Positions 16,426-27,978 of a stretch of 64,000 nt of DNA are shown here, one piece after another; the stretch's first letter is position 1, and each line of letters begins with the position of its first letter. Both the position numbers and the translations under genes were made by a program. A model generated the notes under the pieces. The model was not told where the DNA came from. It made no database searches and saw nothing but the letters and a program-made list of their open reading frames with translations. The DNA is from Patescibacteria group bacterium (GTDB taxonomy: Bacteria; Patescibacteriota; Minisyncoccia; Minisyncoccales; PWPS01), in assembly GCA_051745165.1 (NCBI GenBank), contig JBNJDU010000002.1, positions 5,479-69,478 on the forward strand. Direction: 5' to 3'.

Positions 16426-18021
16426 ATGAACAAAGAAAATAAAAAAATAATTTTAATTGATTTTTTATTTCTTAACCACTATAGCTTGGGCCTGCTAATC
16501 CTTAAAAAACTAATGAAAAATAATGGTCTTGATGTTGAAATAGTAAATCTATCGAAAGAGATAAATAGGGGCAATATAGACAAAAAGAAAATTTATCAAG
16601 ATTTAATTTCAGTGATTTCTAACAAAAAACCCACTCATGTTGGTTTTTCTGCTATGAGTGCTAATTATGTTGATATTCTTGTGGCTGCAAAAAAAATTAA
16701 AAAAGAACTTCCGGAAGTAACAATTTTCTTAGGTGGCCCTCAAGCATCTTTAACTGATGAAGCAACTTTAACTAATTTTCCTTCTATAGATTTTATTTAC
16801 CGAGGGGAGGTCGAAGGTGCTATAAATGAGCTATCTGAATATATTAAAGGAAATATTAAACCGAAAAAAGTCCCTAATCTCTCATATCGGAAAGGTGGGG
16901 AGATAGTTCAAAATAAAGAAGTTTCTTTAATTAAAGAAAGAGAATTACCAACTATAGAATATGATAAAGAATATTTAAATGAACATAAAGTGGTATGTGT
17001 TGAAGGAGGAAGGGGTTGTCCATTTAATTGCACTTATTGCTCTTCATCCAACTATTGGCAAAATAATTTTAGAATGAAACCTATCGAGAATTTAATTTCT
17101 GAAATGGAGAAAAATACAACTAAAAATCAAGATCGAGTCAGTATAATACATGACATTTTTACTCTAAATAAAAAGAAAATAGAAAAATTTTGCAAAAAAA
17201 TACAAGATAAAGAAATACAATGGTCCTGCTCTGCAAGGGCAGATTCTTTAGATAAAGACTTAATAAAGTTAATGAAAAGATCCGGCTGCGTTGGTATTTT
17301 TTTAGGAATTGAGACTGGCGACCAAAAAATTCAGAAAAAAATAAATAAAAATTTAAATTTAGACCATACAGATAAAATAATAAACGATATTAATGATGTG
17401 GGTGGAATAAAAATAGTAACTTCTTTTATTGTCGGTTTTCCATTCGATAAGCCAACCTCATTTTACAATACACTTAAAAGGATTTTTAAGTATAAAAAAA
17501 ACGAATGTGAAATTAAAATGTTTACCCTTAAACCGGAAAAGGGATCCTCTTTATACAAAGAGTATAAAAACAACTTATTTTTTAATAATTATTTCTATCT
17601 AGATAATTGGTTCGCTGAAAAGATAGAAAATGAAACTGAAGCAATTAAGCTGATAGAAGAAAATCCAGATCTGTTCAGTCATCACTATCGAATAAAACCT
17701 GAACATTTTAATGCTTATTATTTTGAAGGTTTAGAAAAAATAGGAAAAGCAATCTTAACCTCCACCCCTCAAGCTTTTTATCTCTGGATGAAAAAATTTG
17801 AAAATCATCCGGAAACCTTCTTTAAGGAGATAAAAGATATAATGGGTTGGAAGAGTCCCTACACTATTACTAAAAAAGAGCTCTTAAAATTAAGTAACAA
17901 AAAAAATATTTTGCTCTCGTTTATGGCTTATTTCGAAACTAACAAACAATATATAGATAAAGACATAAAAACCACCTACAACAAAGAGTTAAGAGAAGCA
18001 AAAGAAAGATTAAGTAATTAA
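16426..18021 (+). CDS. B12-binding-domain radical SAM protein
   Basis: LGGPQAS, RGEVE, GRGCPFNCTYC (CxxxCxxC), GIETG; probable ATG at 16426. Confidence 0.9.
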   Translation: MNKENKKIILIDFLFLNHYSLGLLILKKLMKNNGLDVEIVNLSKEINRGNIDKKKIYQDLISVISNKKPTHVGFSAMSANYVDILVAAKKIKKELPEVTIFLGGPQASLTDEATLTNFPSIDFIYRGEVEGAINELSEYIKGNIKPKKVPNLSYRKGGEIVQNKEVSLIKERELPTIEYDKEYLNEHKVVCVEGGRGCPFNCTYCSSSNYWQNNFRMKPIENLISEMEKNTTKNQDRVSIIHDIFTLNKKKIEKFCKKIQDKEIQWSCSARADSLDKDLIKLMKRSGCVGIFLGIETGDQKIQKKINKNLNLDHTDKIINDINDVGGIKIVTSFIVGFPFDKPTSFYNTLKRIFKYKKNECEIKMFTLKPEKGSSLYKEYKNNLFFNNYFYLDNWFAEKIENETEAIKLIEENPDLFSHHYRIKPEHFNAYYFEGLEKIGKAILTSTPQAFYLWMKKFENHPETFFKEIKDIMGWKSPYTITKKELLKLSNKKNILLSFMAYFETNKQYIDKDIKTTYNKELREAKERLSN

Positions 18022-18039
18022 TCTAAATAGGTAATAAAC

Positions 18040-18972
18040 TTAGAGAATAAAGTTTAGAAAAACCCCTAAAACAATAATTCCGAGAGACAAAACTCCTCCG
18101 TAGTAAAAGAGGAGTTTTTTCTTCATTGCTTTTTTTAAAAGAATAAATTGAGGGAAGGAAAGGGCAGCAACTGACATCATAAAAGCAACTGCGGTACCTA
18201 CCGGTAATCCTTTAGCTATAAGGCTCTCAGCAACTGGTATAACTCCCATTATGTCGGTATAGACCGGAACTCCAACTATAACAGCTCCAGGGACTGAGAA
18301 CGGACCAGAAAGGTAATCAGCAATAATAGTTTCAGGGACGAGCCCATGAATTAGCGCTCCTACTGTAACTCCTAGCAAAACATAAGGAAGAATTTGCTTT
18401 AATATGCTCAATCCGTCTTCATATGCAGACTTTAATCTTTCCTTTATAGTAAGCTTAACCTCTTCCATTTCAATATCTGTTGATCCTAAATCAAAATTAA
18501 TTAAATGTTTTTCCATTCCTAGTTTTGTAAGTAAAATACTACCCAAGACAGCAACCGTAATACCACCTATTAAATAAGCAAGAGTAAACTTTAGCCCTAA
18601 TGTTCCAAAAAGAACTATTATAGCAGCTAAATTAACCATTGGAGAAACAAAGAGAAAAGTAATTATAATTCCAAAAGGAATTCCAGCCGAAACTAAACCT
18701 AAAAATATAGGAATTGTTGAACAACTGCAAAAAGGTGAAATTATACCTAATCCAGAAGCTAAAAAATACCCAACAATAGATTTCTTTCCTTTTAAATAAT
18801 TTCTAATCTTCTCCGGAGGAAAATAAGTTCGAAGAAAAGCAATAATAAAAATAACAAATCCTAAAATAAAAAGGATTTTCAAGTTATTATAAAACCAATA
18901 TTCAACCACTTCTGCAATCCTTCCAGTTAAAGGCAAGTATGAAACTATAAATTGAGCTATTGATTTAAACAT
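18040..18972 (-). CDS. ArsP/DUF318 family permease
   Basis: SPFCSCSTIP motif, multiple TM segments. Confidence 0.9.
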   Translation of the reverse strand: MFKSIAQFIVSYLPLTGRIAEVVEYWFYNNLKILFILGFVIFIIAFLRTYFPPEKIRNYLKGKKSIVGYFLASGLGIISPFCSCSTIPIFLGLVSAGIPFGIIITFLFVSPMVNLAAIIVLFGTLGLKFTLAYLIGGITVAVLGSILLTKLGMEKHLINFDLGSTDIEMEEVKLTIKERLKSAYEDGLSILKQILPYVLLGVTVGALIHGLVPETIIADYLSGPFSVPGAVIVGVPVYTDIMGVIPVAESLIAKGLPVGTAVAFMMSVAALSFPQFILLKKAMKKKLLFYYGGVLSLGIIVLGVFLNFIL

Positions 18973-19201
18973 TTAAATATTCTTCAATTCTTTCTCTAGT
19001 AGGAACTTTTCCTTTTGATTTTACCTCCCCATCAACAACTATTGCAGGCAGGCTCATAATTCCCTCTTTGATTGCTTTAGCAGAGTCATTTACTTTTTTA
19101 TATTCTACATCCAAGTCATTATCTTTAATAACTGTCTTTACTATACTTTCAACTTGACTGCATTTAGAACAACAATTAGTGCCATAAATAGTAACTTTCA
19201 T
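18965..19201 (-). CDS. Small thioredoxin-like redox protein
   Basis: GTNCCSKC, GIMSLPAIVVDG. Confidence 0.88.
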   Translation of the reverse strand: MKVTIYGTNCCSKCSQVESIVKTVIKDNDLDVEYKKVNDSAKAIKEGIMSLPAIVVDGEVKSKGKVPTRERIEEYLNV

Positions 19202-19827
19202 AATAGTTTATTAATTATATTTATAATCTCTTTCGCCTTTTGTTGATTGTTTTCAAAATAAATAGTTGGTCTTCTACTAGCCTTAATTCTTCTTCCAAAT
19301 TCATCGGTAACATGAACTAATTCAGATTTTGAATAGTTAGTGTTTTCAAAAGAAGTAATAATTATCCCTTCTTCTATTTTAGAATACGGATCTTTAACTT
19401 TTTCTAAGTCATCCTCTAATTGAGGAAAACTGTTTAAAACTTCTTTTTTATTAAGGTCAGTATAGAAATCAAATTCATCTAGCTCAGTTTCAGTAACAGT
19501 TAATTCTTCCTTTGCTAAAAAAGAATAGCCATTATCTATTTTTAAACTTTTTAAATTAGGTTCATTAGACTTCAATTTCCTGCCAGAGATTACAAAATCA
19601 GCCTCCCCATTCTCAAAAATTTCAAGCGCCTCCTTAGTAGAAGAAGCTCTAACAATCTGAAACCCTTTTTCACTAAGCTCAGGCAGATAGTCATGATAAG
19701 TAGGACAACTAACAACAGTTAAGCTTCTTCCTACCTCTGCTTTTAAGAAATTATCGTCTATATCAAAATTGTAAGAGAGAAAAATAAATGCAAAAACAAA
19801 TATAAAAGTCAAGATTTTCTTTTTCAT
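19198..19827 (-). CDS. Hypothetical exported protein (binding-protein-like)
   Basis: Signal anchor; SCPTY; ADFVISGRKLK; overlaps neighbours in the operon. Confidence 0.65.
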   Translation of the reverse strand: MKKKILTFIFVFAFIFLSYNFDIDDNFLKAEVGRSLTVVSCPTYHDYLPELSEKGFQIVRASSTKEALEIFENGEADFVISGRKLKSNEPNLKSLKIDNGYSFLAKEELTVTETELDEFDFYTDLNKKEVLNSFPQLEDDLEKVKDPYSKIEEGIIITSFENTNYSKSELVHVTDEFGRRIKASRRPTIYFENNQQKAKEIINIINKLL

Positions 19828-19830
19828 GTT

Positions 19831-20967
19831 TTAAAAACCAATAAGATAATAATAAGATAAAAAGAATAAAACGATAGTTCCTGCTAAATAAACCCAGGTT
19901 ATAAGGTTAGACTCCGCAATCCATACCTCTTTGGTAATTACTGCTCCAGCAAAAATAATAAGCTCAATAAGCATATAAAAGAACAAATATAAAACTATAT
20001 AGGCTCCATAACCCAGCCAACTTAGTCCGCTTTCTGCTAAAATGCTTCCGTAAACCATAGGCAATCCAAAAGAGCAAGGCAACTCAACTAAAGTCATAAT
20101 GGCGGCAAAAAAGATTACGCTTCCTGCTAAAACAAGGACTTCTGTCTTTTCATTAAAAGATTTTTTAAGTTTTTTAGTGGCTTTATTAGCTAATTTACTA
20201 CTTGAAGACTGACAAGTAGGTCCGTATTTTAAAAACTTTAAAAATTGATAAAAGAAGTAAACTCCACCCAAAAGTGAGGCTATTCCAATAACAATATTCA
20301 AAGGCCCAATAAACGAAGCTAACGCTTCAAAAAGAGCTGTCCAGGCAAAAACTAAAGTTCCGTATATAATTACAGCAGTTAATATAAAAAGACCGCCATA
20401 AAACACAATCTTCTTTCTAGAATCAAAAGCTAAAACGATCATTAAAATTAATATCAAAGCACCTATAGAACAAACATTAAGCCCGTCTAAACTACCAATT
20501 ACTACCGCTAAAAATGGTAAAGACCAATCCTCAACATCAACCCTCCCTACAAAAGGAATATCTACTTCCCCTCTTACTTGATCTATTTCATGCTGAACAT
20601 TCTCACCTTCAATTGCTCTTTTAATTAAACTCTTATCCTCTTCAAAAAATCCAATAAATAAATTATCTCCAATAAGAGTTGTGGGGGTCATTAAAGTATA
20701 ATCTTTAAATCCTTTCTCATTTAAAAGACTTTCAAAGTCACTCCTTTCTTCTTGATTTTCTATGATATAAGAGCGTATTTCTACAGATGGATACTCTTCC
20801 TTAATTTCGCTTTCTAAAAACTCTTTTTCTTGAGCACATGTGCTACATCTTTCATCTTCAAAAAAATGAATAGCCTCTCCTTGCTCTGGTTTTTCTTGAG
20901 CAAATCCAAAAACCGGAACAATAAATAGCAAAAGAACCGCTAATAAGAGAGTTATTTTTTTAATCAT
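19831..20967 (-). CDS. Thioredoxin-domain + CcdA-like membrane protein
   Basis: CSTC, DGLNVCS, VELPCS, multiple TM segments. Confidence 0.8.
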   Translation of the reverse strand: MIKKITLLLAVLLLFIVPVFGFAQEKPEQGEAIHFFEDERCSTCAQEKEFLESEIKEEYPSVEIRSYIIENQEERSDFESLLNEKGFKDYTLMTPTTLIGDNLFIGFFEEDKSLIKRAIEGENVQHEIDQVRGEVDIPFVGRVDVEDWSLPFLAVVIGSLDGLNVCSIGALILILMIVLAFDSRKKIVFYGGLFILTAVIIYGTLVFAWTALFEALASFIGPLNIVIGIASLLGGVYFFYQFLKFLKYGPTCQSSSSKLANKATKKLKKSFNEKTEVLVLAGSVIFFAAIMTLVELPCSFGLPMVYGSILAESGLSWLGYGAYIVLYLFFYMLIELIIFAGAVITKEVWIAESNLITWVYLAGTIVLFFLSYYYLIGF

Positions 20968-20978
20968 AGTAGTAAATA

Positions 20979-21284
20979 TTACAAAAAGTTATTAATTATA
21001 TTTTTATATTTCTTTATCTTCTTCTCATTTAAACTGTAAAAAACATTCAAGCCATCTTTTCTTGAATCAACAATCTCAGCTTCACTCAAAACTTTTAAGT
21101 GATGAGAGGCTAAATTTTGAGGAAGTTCTAGTTGTTCTTGAATATCACAAACACATCGCTCTCCTTGTTTAAGTAAGCAAATAATACGAATTCTGTTTTT
21201 AGCAGAAATAAGCTTCAAAAAATCAGCAACATTATCTATTTCAAATGATTTTTTTGACTTCTTTTTGCAACATTCGTTAGTCAT
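20979..21284 (-). CDS. arsR: ArsR/SmtB family transcriptional repressor
   Basis: RIRII.LL..GERCVCDI...SHHLKVL; CVC metalloid site and N-terminal CC. Confidence 0.9.
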   Translation of the reverse strand: MTNECCKKKSKKSFEIDNVADFLKLISAKNRIRIICLLKQGERCVCDIQEQLELPQNLASHHLKVLSEAEIVDSRKDGLNVFYSLNEKKIKKYKNIINNFL

Positions 21285-21296
21285 AATAATAAATTA

Positions 21297-21342
21297 TATC
21301 AATGCTCATTGATAATGATAACAAAAAACCCTTTATTGTCAA
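21297..21342 (-). promoter_or_regulatory. ars operon promoter with ArsR operator
   Basis: TTGACA-16-TATCAT; palindrome TATCAATG-CT-CATTGATA at 21297-21314. Confidence 0.7.
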
Positions 21343-21347
21343 TTAAA

Positions 21348-21373
21348 AAACCCACCTATTAGTAGGTGGGTTT
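21348..21373 (-). terminator. Intrinsic terminator
   Basis: AAACCCACCTA-TTAG-TAGGTGGGTTT. Confidence 0.7.
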
Positions 21374-21393
21374 CATTACCTTTTTAAAGATGT

Positions 21394-21825
21394 TTAATAT
21401 TCACAACCAACCTGTTCTCCTAAAGTGGAAGGGTCTCTAGCTCCCTCATAAACTTCTCCGCTAATTTGTATTTCAGGAACATAGCCAGTCTCTGCATTGT
21501 CTTTACATTCTTGTTGCTCCTCAGCAGTTCCTTCTTGAGTACACTCTACATATACTGGATCAACTGCCTCTTCACCCCCTAAGGAAGCAACTAACTGTTG
21601 GCATGCTGGGCATGTTGCGGATCCGTAGATAACTAAATCATTTTCTGCAAGACAGTCAACAAGTTCACCTAATTCTTCGCTCCCTTCTTCTTCGACTACT
21701 TCTTCATTGTTATTTTCTGGAGTGTTAGTTGGTTCTTCTGGATTAGTTTCAACCATTCCAGATAAAAATATTGCTCCAGAAATTACAAAAACAGCAATTA
21801 TAATAGCTAAGATGTCTTTATTCAT
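21394..21825 (-). CDS. Membrane-anchored thioredoxin-fold protein
   Basis: N-terminal TM; YGSATCPAC; YVECT. Confidence 0.8.
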   Translation of the reverse strand: MNKDILAIIIAVFVISGAIFLSGMVETNPEEPTNTPENNNEEVVEEEGSEELGELVDCLAENDLVIYGSATCPACQQLVASLGGEEAVDPVYVECTQEGTAEEQQECKDNAETGYVPEIQISGEVYEGARDPSTLGEQVGCEY

Positions 21826-21917
21826 ATGTTTTATTTATATTATTTTTTTACACTTTTATTCTAACACAAGCAAACTCCTTTATAAAGATCTAATTTAAGT
21901 AGCTTGCAAGACAAATG

Positions 21918-22004
<87 letters not shown>

Positions 22005-22013
22005 AAATTTTAA

Positions 22014-22550
22014 TTAACTTCTTGGTAAATCAGAAATAATTTCTGATATAGTTGGATATTTAGCAGATAATTTATATTTAAAAAGTCCAACTACTGTTAA
22101 AACATCAGACATTTCATCTTCTAGACTTTCTGGACCAGTAAATACCTCTGCTGTTTCTTCTATTAGTGTCTTAGTATAATTATTAATCACTTCATCGCTA
22201 AGCTTTTCTCTCAAATAGTTAATAATCTTTTTAAATTCTCCACGATCCAACCAAATTCCTTCACAAACATTACAAATATCTACCTTTATATCCGAGTCAT
22301 CATAAGCAACTTCATACATCGGAACTTCACATTTAGGACACATCTTCTCTTCTTTTGAAATGGTAAATTTAGTCCTATCTTCCCAAAGATCAATATCCAT
22401 CCAATCCAAATTTTTATCTTTTACATCTTTAGCTATGCGGAGTTCTCCTTTGTCAAACCAAACCCCTAAGCCTTGAGGGCAATAATCAACCTCTGTATTA
22501 TAAAAAATTGCTTGTTTTAAATCTGTTTTTGTGTGGGTAGGACATTTCAT
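22014..22550 (-). CDS. Tandem zf-TFIIB-like zinc-ribbon protein
   Basis: MKCP...VDYCPQGLGVWFDKGEL and CPKC...DICNVCEGIWLDRGEF; start at 22550. Confidence 0.85.
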   Translation of the reverse strand: MKCPTHTKTDLKQAIFYNTEVDYCPQGLGVWFDKGELRIAKDVKDKNLDWMDIDLWEDRTKFTISKEEKMCPKCEVPMYEVAYDDSDIKVDICNVCEGIWLDRGEFKKIINYLREKLSDEVINNYTKTLIEETAEVFTGPESLEDEMSDVLTVVGLFKYKLSAKYPTISEIISDLPRS

Positions 22551-22590
22551 AGTGGTTTTATAATAAACTATTTTTACTGATTTTTCAAAT

Positions 22591-22621
22591 AAAACTTCCC
22601 GCCTTCTAAGCGGGAAGTTTT
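22591..22621 (-). terminator. groEL terminator
   Basis: AAAACTTCCCGC-N7-GCGGGAAGTTTT. Confidence 0.8.
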
Positions 22622-22641
22622 CTCTTTTCTTTTTAATAGGG

Positions 22642-24309
<1,668 letters not shown>

Positions 24310-24341
24310 TTACTTCGAGTAAAACTCTTAGTAAAAACTTA

Positions 24342-24635
24342 TTAATTTTCTACAATAGCTAAAATGTCTTCTTCTTTTGCGATCAAATATTCTTCTTCAT
24401 CAATTTTAATTTCGTTTGGTCCGTACTTGGTAAAGATTACTTCGTCTCCTTCTTTTACCTCTGGCTTTATTCTTTCTCCATCCTTATCTCTTTTTCCAGG
24501 ACCTGTAGCCATTACTTCTCCTCTTTCTGGTTTGCTTTCACCAGCAGAATCGGGGAGAAGAATTCCGCTTTCGGTCTTTTCTTCTTTCTTTTTTGGTTTT
24601 ATAACAATATTGTCAGCAAGTGGTTTTAAGTTCAT
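24342..24635 (-). CDS. groS: Co-chaperonin GroES
   Basis: LKPLAD, TESGILLP, EEDILA. Confidence 0.99.
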   Translation of the reverse strand: MNLKPLADNIVIKPKKKEEKTESGILLPDSAGESKPERGEVMATGPGKRDKDGERIKPEVKEGDEVIFTKYGPNEIKIDEEEYLIAKEEDILAIVEN

Positions 24636-24668
24636 ATTTTTCTTTTTTTAATTTATAAAAGCGACCTT

Positions 24669-24728
24669 TTAGCAGAGCTTACCTCTGAGTGCTAACAACA
24701 TTATTATTTATGAATTTGTCTTTGTCAA
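24669..24728 (-). promoter_or_regulatory. groESL promoter with CIRCE (HrcA operator)
   Basis: TTGACA-17-AATAAT, then TTAGCACTC-N9-CTCTGCTAA (24695-24669). Confidence 0.8.
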
Positions 24729-24796
24729 GCCTTTAAAATCAAGCTAAGAATAGTCTTTATTTGTCATACAAAGATGATATGATACAATTAGTTAAA

Positions 24797-25138
24797 ATGA
24801 GTAAATTAATTGCACAACTTCTTGCCGGAATAGCCGCTTTAAAACTGGCTCATGTATATCTTCCAGGAGTACTTTTTGAGGGGAGTACTGAAATGCTGAT
24901 TTTTGCCGGTTTAACTTTAGGAGTTTTGAATTTTTTCATAAAGCCAATTTTAAAGATAATTACTCTCCCTTTACAAATATTGACATTGGGACTTTTTTCT
25001 TTTATAATCAACATCGCTATAGTATACTTCGTAGATCTCGCATTTTATGAACTTATTTTTGATGGATTTTGGCCTTTAGCCTACTTTATTGTATTATTAT
25101 GGCTAGTTAACTTAATTTTATCTTCACTTTTAGAATAA
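24797..25138 (+). CDS. Phage holin family / YvlD-like 4-TM membrane protein
   Basis: LNFFIKPILKIITLPLQILTLGLFSFIIN; start uncertain (24761-24797). Confidence 0.85.
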   Translation: MSKLIAQLLAGIAALKLAHVYLPGVLFEGSTEMLIFAGLTLGVLNFFIKPILKIITLPLQILTLGLFSFIINIAIVYFVDLAFYELIFDGFWPLAYFIVLLWLVNLILSSLLE

Positions 25139-25144
25139 AAATTT

Positions 25145-25366
25145 ATGCAAATTGAACCATTATTACCTTACGCGCAAATTATAGTAGCTGCTCTTTTGAT
25201 AACTGTAATTTTATTACAGCAAGGACAAGCAGCTATGGGAGGATCTTTCGGTCAATCCGGAGAATTTTCAACCACTAGAAGAGGACCTCAAAAACACCTC
25301 TTTACTTTAACTATTATTTTAGGTGTTTTCTTTATTGGCTTGGCGATTCTTAACCTACTAATATAA
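25145..25366 (+). CDS. secG: Preprotein translocase subunit SecG
   Basis: VILLQQG..AMGGSFG, TRRG, two TM segments. Confidence 0.92.
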   Translation: MQIEPLLPYAQIIVAALLITVILLQQGQAAMGGSFGQSGEFSTTRRGPQKHLFTLTIILGVFFIGLAILNLLI

Positions 25367-27331
25367 ATGAATCTCAAAAGAAAAATAAGCTCTTTACTAA
25401 GGAGCTTAAAGATTTTTATTGAGGATAGTAGCAAAAAGGAGTTGACATTAGTCAGCGGAATTTTAGGATTTATAGTTATAATTATTCTTTCCTCTTTTAT
25501 ATATTTTAAAAATACTGAAATAGCACCCACCGAAGGAGGTGAGTACACAGAAGGTCTTTTAGGGTCTCCTAGATTTTTAAATCCTATTTATAGTCAAAAA
25601 TCAGAAGTAGATAAAGACTTAACTGAGATCTTATATTCTGGATTGATGCATTACGGAGAAGAAAACAAAATAGAACCTCTTTTAGCTGAATCAGTAGAAA
25701 CTGAGGACAATAGAAGGTTCGAAGTAACTTTAAAAGATGATATTTATTGGTCTGATGGAGAAGAAATAACTACAGAAGATATTGAATTTACTCTTGAAAT
25801 GATTCAAAGCAGGAACGTGCAAAGTCCTCTACGAGTTAGTTGGGAGGGAGTAAGAATTGAAAAAGAAAATGAAAAAGAATTTTCTTTTCTACTAGAAAAT
25901 GCTTCTCCATTATTTATTGAAAAACTAACTTTAAAACCAATTCCAGAACATGTTTGGAGTGAAGTTTCAGCAAATGATTTTCAATTTTCTGAATACAATT
26001 TAAATCCTGTAACTTCTGGTCCTTACAAGGTAAAAGAATTAAATAAAAATAACGAAGAAGAGGTAAGGTCAATTACGCTCACTAAAGATTCTAACTTTTT
26101 CGGTGAACAGCCTTATATAAATAATTTAAACTTTAAGTTTTTCAAAAGTGAAAAAGAATTGCTGGAAAACAAAGATAAGCTTGACGGCTTTGCTCTGCCA
26201 AGCATTCAAAATAATATAAACTCCTCATTCAATAAATATAACTACAATCTGCCTAGATATTTTGCTCTTTTCTTTAATTCAGAAGACTTCAATAAAAATA
26301 TAAGGAAAGCATTGCGAAAAGCTACAAATAAAGAGGATATAGTAAATTCTTTAGATAATGTAGATCGAGTTGACTCTCCTATTATTCCTAGTTTTTATAA
26401 CTTTGATAATCCAGAAATTGAATATGAATTTAATAAAGAGGAGGCTTTAGAATTATTTGAAGAAGAAGGTTATGCTTTAAATGAAGATAATGAGTTAGAA
26501 AAAGTAGTGCAAGAAGAAACTTCTTTTGAATTTACAGAAAGACTTAGCGAGGATGATCAAGGAGAGGAAGTTAGACAACTGCAAAAATGTTTAATAGATT
26601 TAACTGAAAACCACGAAGATCTTTTTCCTAATGGTGAAATGACTGGCTACTTTAACGAAGAAACTGAGGAAGCTGTTAATAGGTTTCAAGAGCTTTTCCG
26701 AGAAGATATATTAGACCCTCATGGATTTCAAAATCCAACAGGAATGGTTGCTGGATCTACACAGGAAAAATTAAATGAATTCTGTGGTGGAACAATTCCA
26801 GAACAAAGAGAACAATTTACTATTGAAATAACAACAATAAATCATCCTCTTTTATCAACAGTTATAGAAAAGTTAAGCGAACAATGGTCTGACTTAGGAA
26901 TAAAGGTTGATTCTAAAAAAATTGATTATCAGCAAATTCAATCTAGTGTCATAGAAGAAAAAAACTACGAAAGCTTTCTTTTTGGAATTAGTATGGAAGC
27001 AATCCCCGACCCTTTTAGATGGTGGCACTCATCTCAGGTAGATTCTCCCGGATTAAATTTTACTAATTATCAAAATGAAAAAGCTGACGAATATTTAACC
27101 AATGCTGTTACTTCAACTAATGAGGAAGAGAGAATAAAAGCTTTGAATGATCTTCAAAATCAAATCCTGGAAGACGTTCCAGCAATATTTTTGTATTCAC
27201 CCCATTACATTTATTTAGTATCAGATGAAATTAAAGGACTTAAAGAAGGAAAAATAATAAACACTTCCCAAAGGTTTAAAAATATAAATAACTGGCACAT
27301 TAATACTAAAAGAGTATGGAAAAACAACTAA
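25367..27331 (+). CDS. Family 5 (peptide) ABC substrate-binding protein with inserted peptidoglycan-binding domain
   Basis: WSDGEEITTEDIEFT, PVTSGPY, DVPAIFLY; insert GEEVRQLQKCL...TGYFNEETEEAVNRFQ. Confidence 0.85.
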   Translation: MNLKRKISSLLRSLKIFIEDSSKKELTLVSGILGFIVIIILSSFIYFKNTEIAPTEGGEYTEGLLGSPRFLNPIYSQKSEVDKDLTEILYSGLMHYGEENKIEPLLAESVETEDNRRFEVTLKDDIYWSDGEEITTEDIEFTLEMIQSRNVQSPLRVSWEGVRIEKENEKEFSFLLENASPLFIEKLTLKPIPEHVWSEVSANDFQFSEYNLNPVTSGPYKVKELNKNNEEEVRSITLTKDSNFFGEQPYINNLNFKFFKSEKELLENKDKLDGFALPSIQNNINSSFNKYNYNLPRYFALFFNSEDFNKNIRKALRKATNKEDIVNSLDNVDRVDSPIIPSFYNFDNPEIEYEFNKEEALELFEEEGYALNEDNELEKVVQEETSFEFTERLSEDDQGEEVRQLQKCLIDLTENHEDLFPNGEMTGYFNEETEEAVNRFQELFREDILDPHGFQNPTGMVAGSTQEKLNEFCGGTIPEQREQFTIEITTINHPLLSTVIEKLSEQWSDLGIKVDSKKIDYQQIQSSVIEEKNYESFLFGISMEAIPDPFRWWHSSQVDSPGLNFTNYQNEKADEYLTNAVTSTNEEERIKALNDLQNQILEDVPAIFLYSPHYIYLVSDEIKGLKEGKIINTSQRFKNINNWHINTKRVWKNN

Positions 27332-27888
27332 AAAATCCGGATATAAGATATATCGAAGACATGAAGGATGTAATTTATGATCAGGATTGGCTGGAGTCAG
27401 TCGAAAACTTTGAAGTTTATTACATGTATAGAGGTGTAGATAAAAAAAACGGATTAAGATATGATATTACAGAAATACCTTTCAGAATGTTTGGAAAAGA
27501 ATATCCAAAAACAAAAGGGCATTATCATCCTGGAGATTACGGAGAGATATATCAGGTTTTGGAAGGAAGAGCAATTTACCTGCTTCAAGATAAAAATGCA
27601 GAGGACATTGTTGCAATTGAAACAAATCCTGGCGAAGTAGCTATAATTCCTCCCGGATACGGACACATAACAATAAATCCCGGTCCAGAGAAATTAAAGA
27701 TGGCTAACTGGGTATCCCCTGAATTTGATTCTCTCTACGAGCCTGTCTTAGAAAAAGAAGGGGCTGGTTACTTCTATACAACTGAAGGCTGGGTCAAAAA
27801 TAAAAATTATAAAAATCTTCCGGAGATTAAGGAAGTAGATCCAGAAAAAGAGCTTCCTGAAGATTTAGAATTTCTAAAAAATAAATAA
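27316..27888 (+). CDS. Cupin-type (archaeal-like) glucose-6-phosphate isomerase
   Basis: LRYDIT, KTKGHYH, EIYQVLEG, IPPGYGHITIN. Confidence 0.88.
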   Translation: MEKQLKNPDIRYIEDMKDVIYDQDWLESVENFEVYYMYRGVDKKNGLRYDITEIPFRMFGKEYPKTKGHYHPGDYGEIYQVLEGRAIYLLQDKNAEDIVAIETNPGEVAIIPPGYGHITINPGPEKLKMANWVSPEFDSLYEPVLEKEGAGYFYTTEGWVKNKNYKNLPEIKEVDPEKELPEDLEFLKNK

Positions 27889-27895
27889 AACTAAA

Positions 27896-27978
27896 GCCCA
27901 GATGGCGGAACGGCAGACGCGCTAGTTTCAGGGACTAGTGCCTTCACGGGCATGTGGGTTCGAATCCCACTCTGGGCA
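27896..27978 (+). tRNA. tRNA-Leu(CAG)
   Basis: CTAGT-TTCAGGG-ACTAG anticodon arm, variable arm. Confidence 0.96.

Noticed and set aside
24797-25138. Prophage suggested by the holin-family gene
   Set aside because: It sits among housekeeping genes (groES, secG) with no phage genes nearby.
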